Source of the DNA: an uncultured Candidatus Poseidoniales archaeon
Lineage (GTDB): Archaea; Thermoplasmatota; Poseidoniia; Poseidoniales; Thalassarchaeaceae
Reading direction: 5' to 3'
Length of the DNA: 64,000 nt
NCBI GenBank assembly: GCA_964647665.1
Contig: CAZYIX010000001.1
Coordinates: 11,080-75,079 of the forward strand
Shown: positions 61,682 through 64,000 of the stretch, in pieces
How positions within the stretch are numbered: position 1 is the first letter of the stretch
How the letters are laid out: the number at the start of each line of letters is the position of its first letter
The notes under the pieces: generated by a model
Databases searched by the model: none
Seen by the model: the letters and a program-made list of their open reading frames with translations, nothing else
What the model was told of the DNA's origin: nothing
Made by a program: the position numbers and the translations under genes

Positions 61682-64000
61682 ATGTTGGACAGCGGCTTGC
61701 GCTGAATATTGACATGCACATCATTCTCGATGCTGGAGCGGGTACTGGCAAGACTCAGAGCACGGTGAATCGTATCATCGAGCACTATCTTGCCATCGAC
61801 CAGCGTGCAACCCGCATCCTTCCACCTGGGCCAAGGCCACAAGCGCTACCTTCTGGAGCGTTGATGGTTGGATTGGCTGAGCGGGAGGACTTGAGCAATT
61901 GGAATGGATTGCTGCCCAGTGAAGTGGTCGTGCTCACATTCACCAATCGTGCTGCGGAGGAGATGAGGCACCGGCTCTGGCTTGAGTTGGACCGTTTGCA
62001 AACTGGTCCGACTTCTGATGATGGCGGAGCAGTACGCAGTGATGCGAGAGTGACAGCCCCCGGTTTGCCCGAGCAGTTGAAGGCGATGCTGGAGGATGCG
62101 CCGATTGGCACAATTGATTCATTCCTTACTCGGCTGGTTTCCCCTTGGAAAGTAACCTTGATGGATAGGCCGACCGATGAGGTTGTCTCAGAATCCCGTC
62201 GTTTGGTTCTCATCAGCGAATCTCTTGACGTAATCTGGCGCCTCCGTTCTGCTGGCGATGCCATCGATGCAGGAATACCGGGAGAGATGGCAGAAGCCTT
62301 CCTTGCTTCTCGTGAGCGACTAATCCAGCGATTTGCTGACCGTCGCACAGTTCACACGGTTCTGGGTTCCCTACTAAACCACCAAATCTTCGTCGACGAG
62401 GTTGCTCGTAGGATGGACGCTGAGGGTGGTGTAAGCGCTGAGACTATCCGAGCGCTGATTCTCAATATCATCGAGGAACTTGCTGATGAAGTCGCAGACC
62501 TATGTACCACACTTCGAGACGAACATCTGGAATGGCGTGATGCTGTACTCGATGCTTCAGGTGACCTTGAGGTTGCCACCGCTCTGAGAGAAGGGATGAA
62601 TCGTTATGCTGCGCTCGATTCACTGCTGGAGATGCCACTGCCCGATACCATTTGGGAACAATTGCTGTGGATTCGCGCTTTGGCGGTTACCACACTGTCA
62701 AAATCAGTGCTCGACAAACCATCTCCAAACGTATTTGGTAATGGAAATCTCACCGGTAGTGCTGATTGGCCACGCGGCATCACTACTCTTGGCAAAATCA
62801 AGGATGCAGCGCTGAAGGCGACGGTCACAGGAACCTGCCGCACAGCCGCTGGCCGCATCAAACAGTTGTGGGGTTCCGCCAGCGGACGTCGGGCACGAAA
62901 GTTGGCTACGATGGTCAGTCTGCTCGACGACTCATCCCTGCCAGTGCCCTGCCGCCCGGCGAATCACCCGTCAGCATGGCAACCGGTCACTCTCCCAGCC
63001 CCACATCACCCACCGGCTGGTACCCTCTCTCTCGACATTGACGGGGAGGCACAAGCGATGAGTGACCTCATCTGTGTGCACCGGGGGTTGGTTGAGGTAT
63101 TCCGGGAGTTGAAAATCAACGAAGGTGTGCATGAGTTCGGTGACATTGCTGACCTTGCTGAAGACCTGCTGCTGACCCGCTGTCCGCGAATAATGCGCCC
63201 TCGCTATCCCGTTAGTGTAGTCGCAGCATTGGATGGCATTTCCCAAAGAAACCCTTGGCGCGACGACCATATTGAAAATGCAATGGCAATTCTTGACGCA
63301 TTGCTTGCTGCTGGTGAGCCTGCACAAGGCTTGAGTGTTGAGGAAATTACAGCCTTGCATCAGGACCTTGTCGAGCGCTGGGCTCGTTTGAAACAGATTC
63401 GCGCTCGTTATCGTGCCTTCATCATCGATGAGGCGCAAGACAACTCCTCGCAACAGTGGCGCTTGCTTTACCGGCTATGGGGTGAGCGAGAATTGTCTGA
63501 TAGCCGTCCCCGCCCTGACACCTCTTGGGAACCGACAGTTTGCTGTGTTGGAGACAGAAAACAGAGTATCTACGCCTTCCGGCAGGCCCGAGTGTCTGGA
63601 TTCATCGAGTTTGGCCACAATCTGCGTTCAATCAATCAGCATGAGTTTGCCTGCGTCCCTGAACTCACTCGTTTGCCTGAGTTGCGTCGAGCAGAGGAGG
63701 CTCGTGACCCCAGATATGCGGATGACGGCTCGTTTGTCACCGCCGCTGAGATGACCGCGTCACGAGGGATTGCTGAGGATGCTTGGGTTCGATACGATGT
63801 GGCGGAAGATGATAGCACACTGCCTGCTGTAGAATCACGAGCACGTTCCGAGGGCCATGTGGAATTGGTGGTGAACTACCGTTCTGCGGGTGATTTGCTT
63901 GAGTCAATGAACGATTGGTGGGATGGGCTATTCGACGAGAGTCATGACGGCCTTCCCGGTGATTGGTACGCGAGGTCCCAATCCCTAGTGCCATTCCGCA
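61672..64000 (+). CDS. AddA/UvrD-like SF1 helicase, 3'-truncated by the window edge (absent from ORF track)
   Basis: GGAGGTGA SD, then MELNVGQRLAL...DAGAGTGKT, LTFTNRAA, IGTIDSF, IIDEAQD, VGDRKQSIYAFRQA, NYRS read from the DNA. Confidence 0.92.
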   Translation, partial: MELNVGQRLALNIDMHIILDAGAGTGKTQSTVNRIIEHYLAIDQRATRILPPGPRPQALPSGALMVGLAEREDLSNWNGLLPSEVVVLTFTNRAAEEMRHRLWLELDRLQTGPTSDDGGAVRSDARVTAPGLPEQLKAMLEDAPIGTIDSFLTRLVSPWKVTLMDRPTDEVVSESRRLVLISESLDVIWRLRSAGDAIDAGIPGEMAEAFLASRERLIQRFADRRTVHTVLGSLLNHQIFVDEVARRMDAEGGVSAETIRALILNIIEELADEVADLCTTLRDEHLEWRDAVLDASGDLEVATALREGMNRYAALDSLLEMPLPDTIWEQLLWIRALAVTTLSKSVLDKPSPNVFGNGNLTGSADWPRGITTLGKIKDAALKATVTGTCRTAAGRIKQLWGSASGRRARKLATMVSLLDDSSLPVPCRPANHPSAWQPVTLPAPHHPPAGTLSLDIDGEAQAMSDLICVHRGLVEVFRELKINEGVHEFGDIADLAEDLLLTRCPRIMRPRYPVSVVAALDGISQRNPWRDDHIENAMAILDALLAAGEPAQGLSVEEITALHQDLVERWARLKQIRARYRAFIIDEAQDNSSQQWRLLYRLWGERELSDSRPRPDTSWEPTVCCVGDRKQSIYAFRQARVSGFIEFGHNLRSINQHEFACVPELTRLPELRRAEEARDPRYADDGSFVTAAEMTASRGIAEDAWVRYDVAEDDSTLPAVESRARSEGHVELVVNYRSAGDLLESMNDWWDGLFDESHDGLPGDWYARSQSLVPFR

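Noticed and set aside
61785-63994. Several short ORFs in the track
   Set aside because: Shadows of the AddA-like helicase frame starting at 61672

Overview
This is a gene-dense archaeal chromosomal window. GatE, MCM, Trm1, Pth2, PAC2 chaperones, a TFB-like protein and a PGF-CTERM tail are archaeal. Bacterial-type LigA, NfuA and AddAB plus many giant acidic surface proteins fit best with Marine Group II / Poseidoniales (inference). It holds about 50 CDS, a truncated tRNA-Pro(GGG) and a tRNA-Arg(GCG). I saw no CRISPR array, integrase or transposase. The main leads are: (1) three paralogues of an unrecognised family with an N-terminal Cys4 finger and a C-terminal G[TD]SG...C...LPLGD domain; (2) a probable cobalamin-capture operon (double blue-copper/DUF4430 surface protein, beta-propeller/DUF4430 protein, EcfT-A-A' triple fusion, CbrT-like S component); (3) a highly divergent TFB preceded by two coupled micro-ORFs, next to an AT-rich block and a long alternating purine-pyrimidine tract; (4) a near-canonical ORB box just upstream of mcm with no orc1/cdc6 in the window; (5) an AddB/AddA-like pair whose helicase gene runs off the window and is missing from the ORF track. 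All family calls come from motif recognition by eye, not from database searches.
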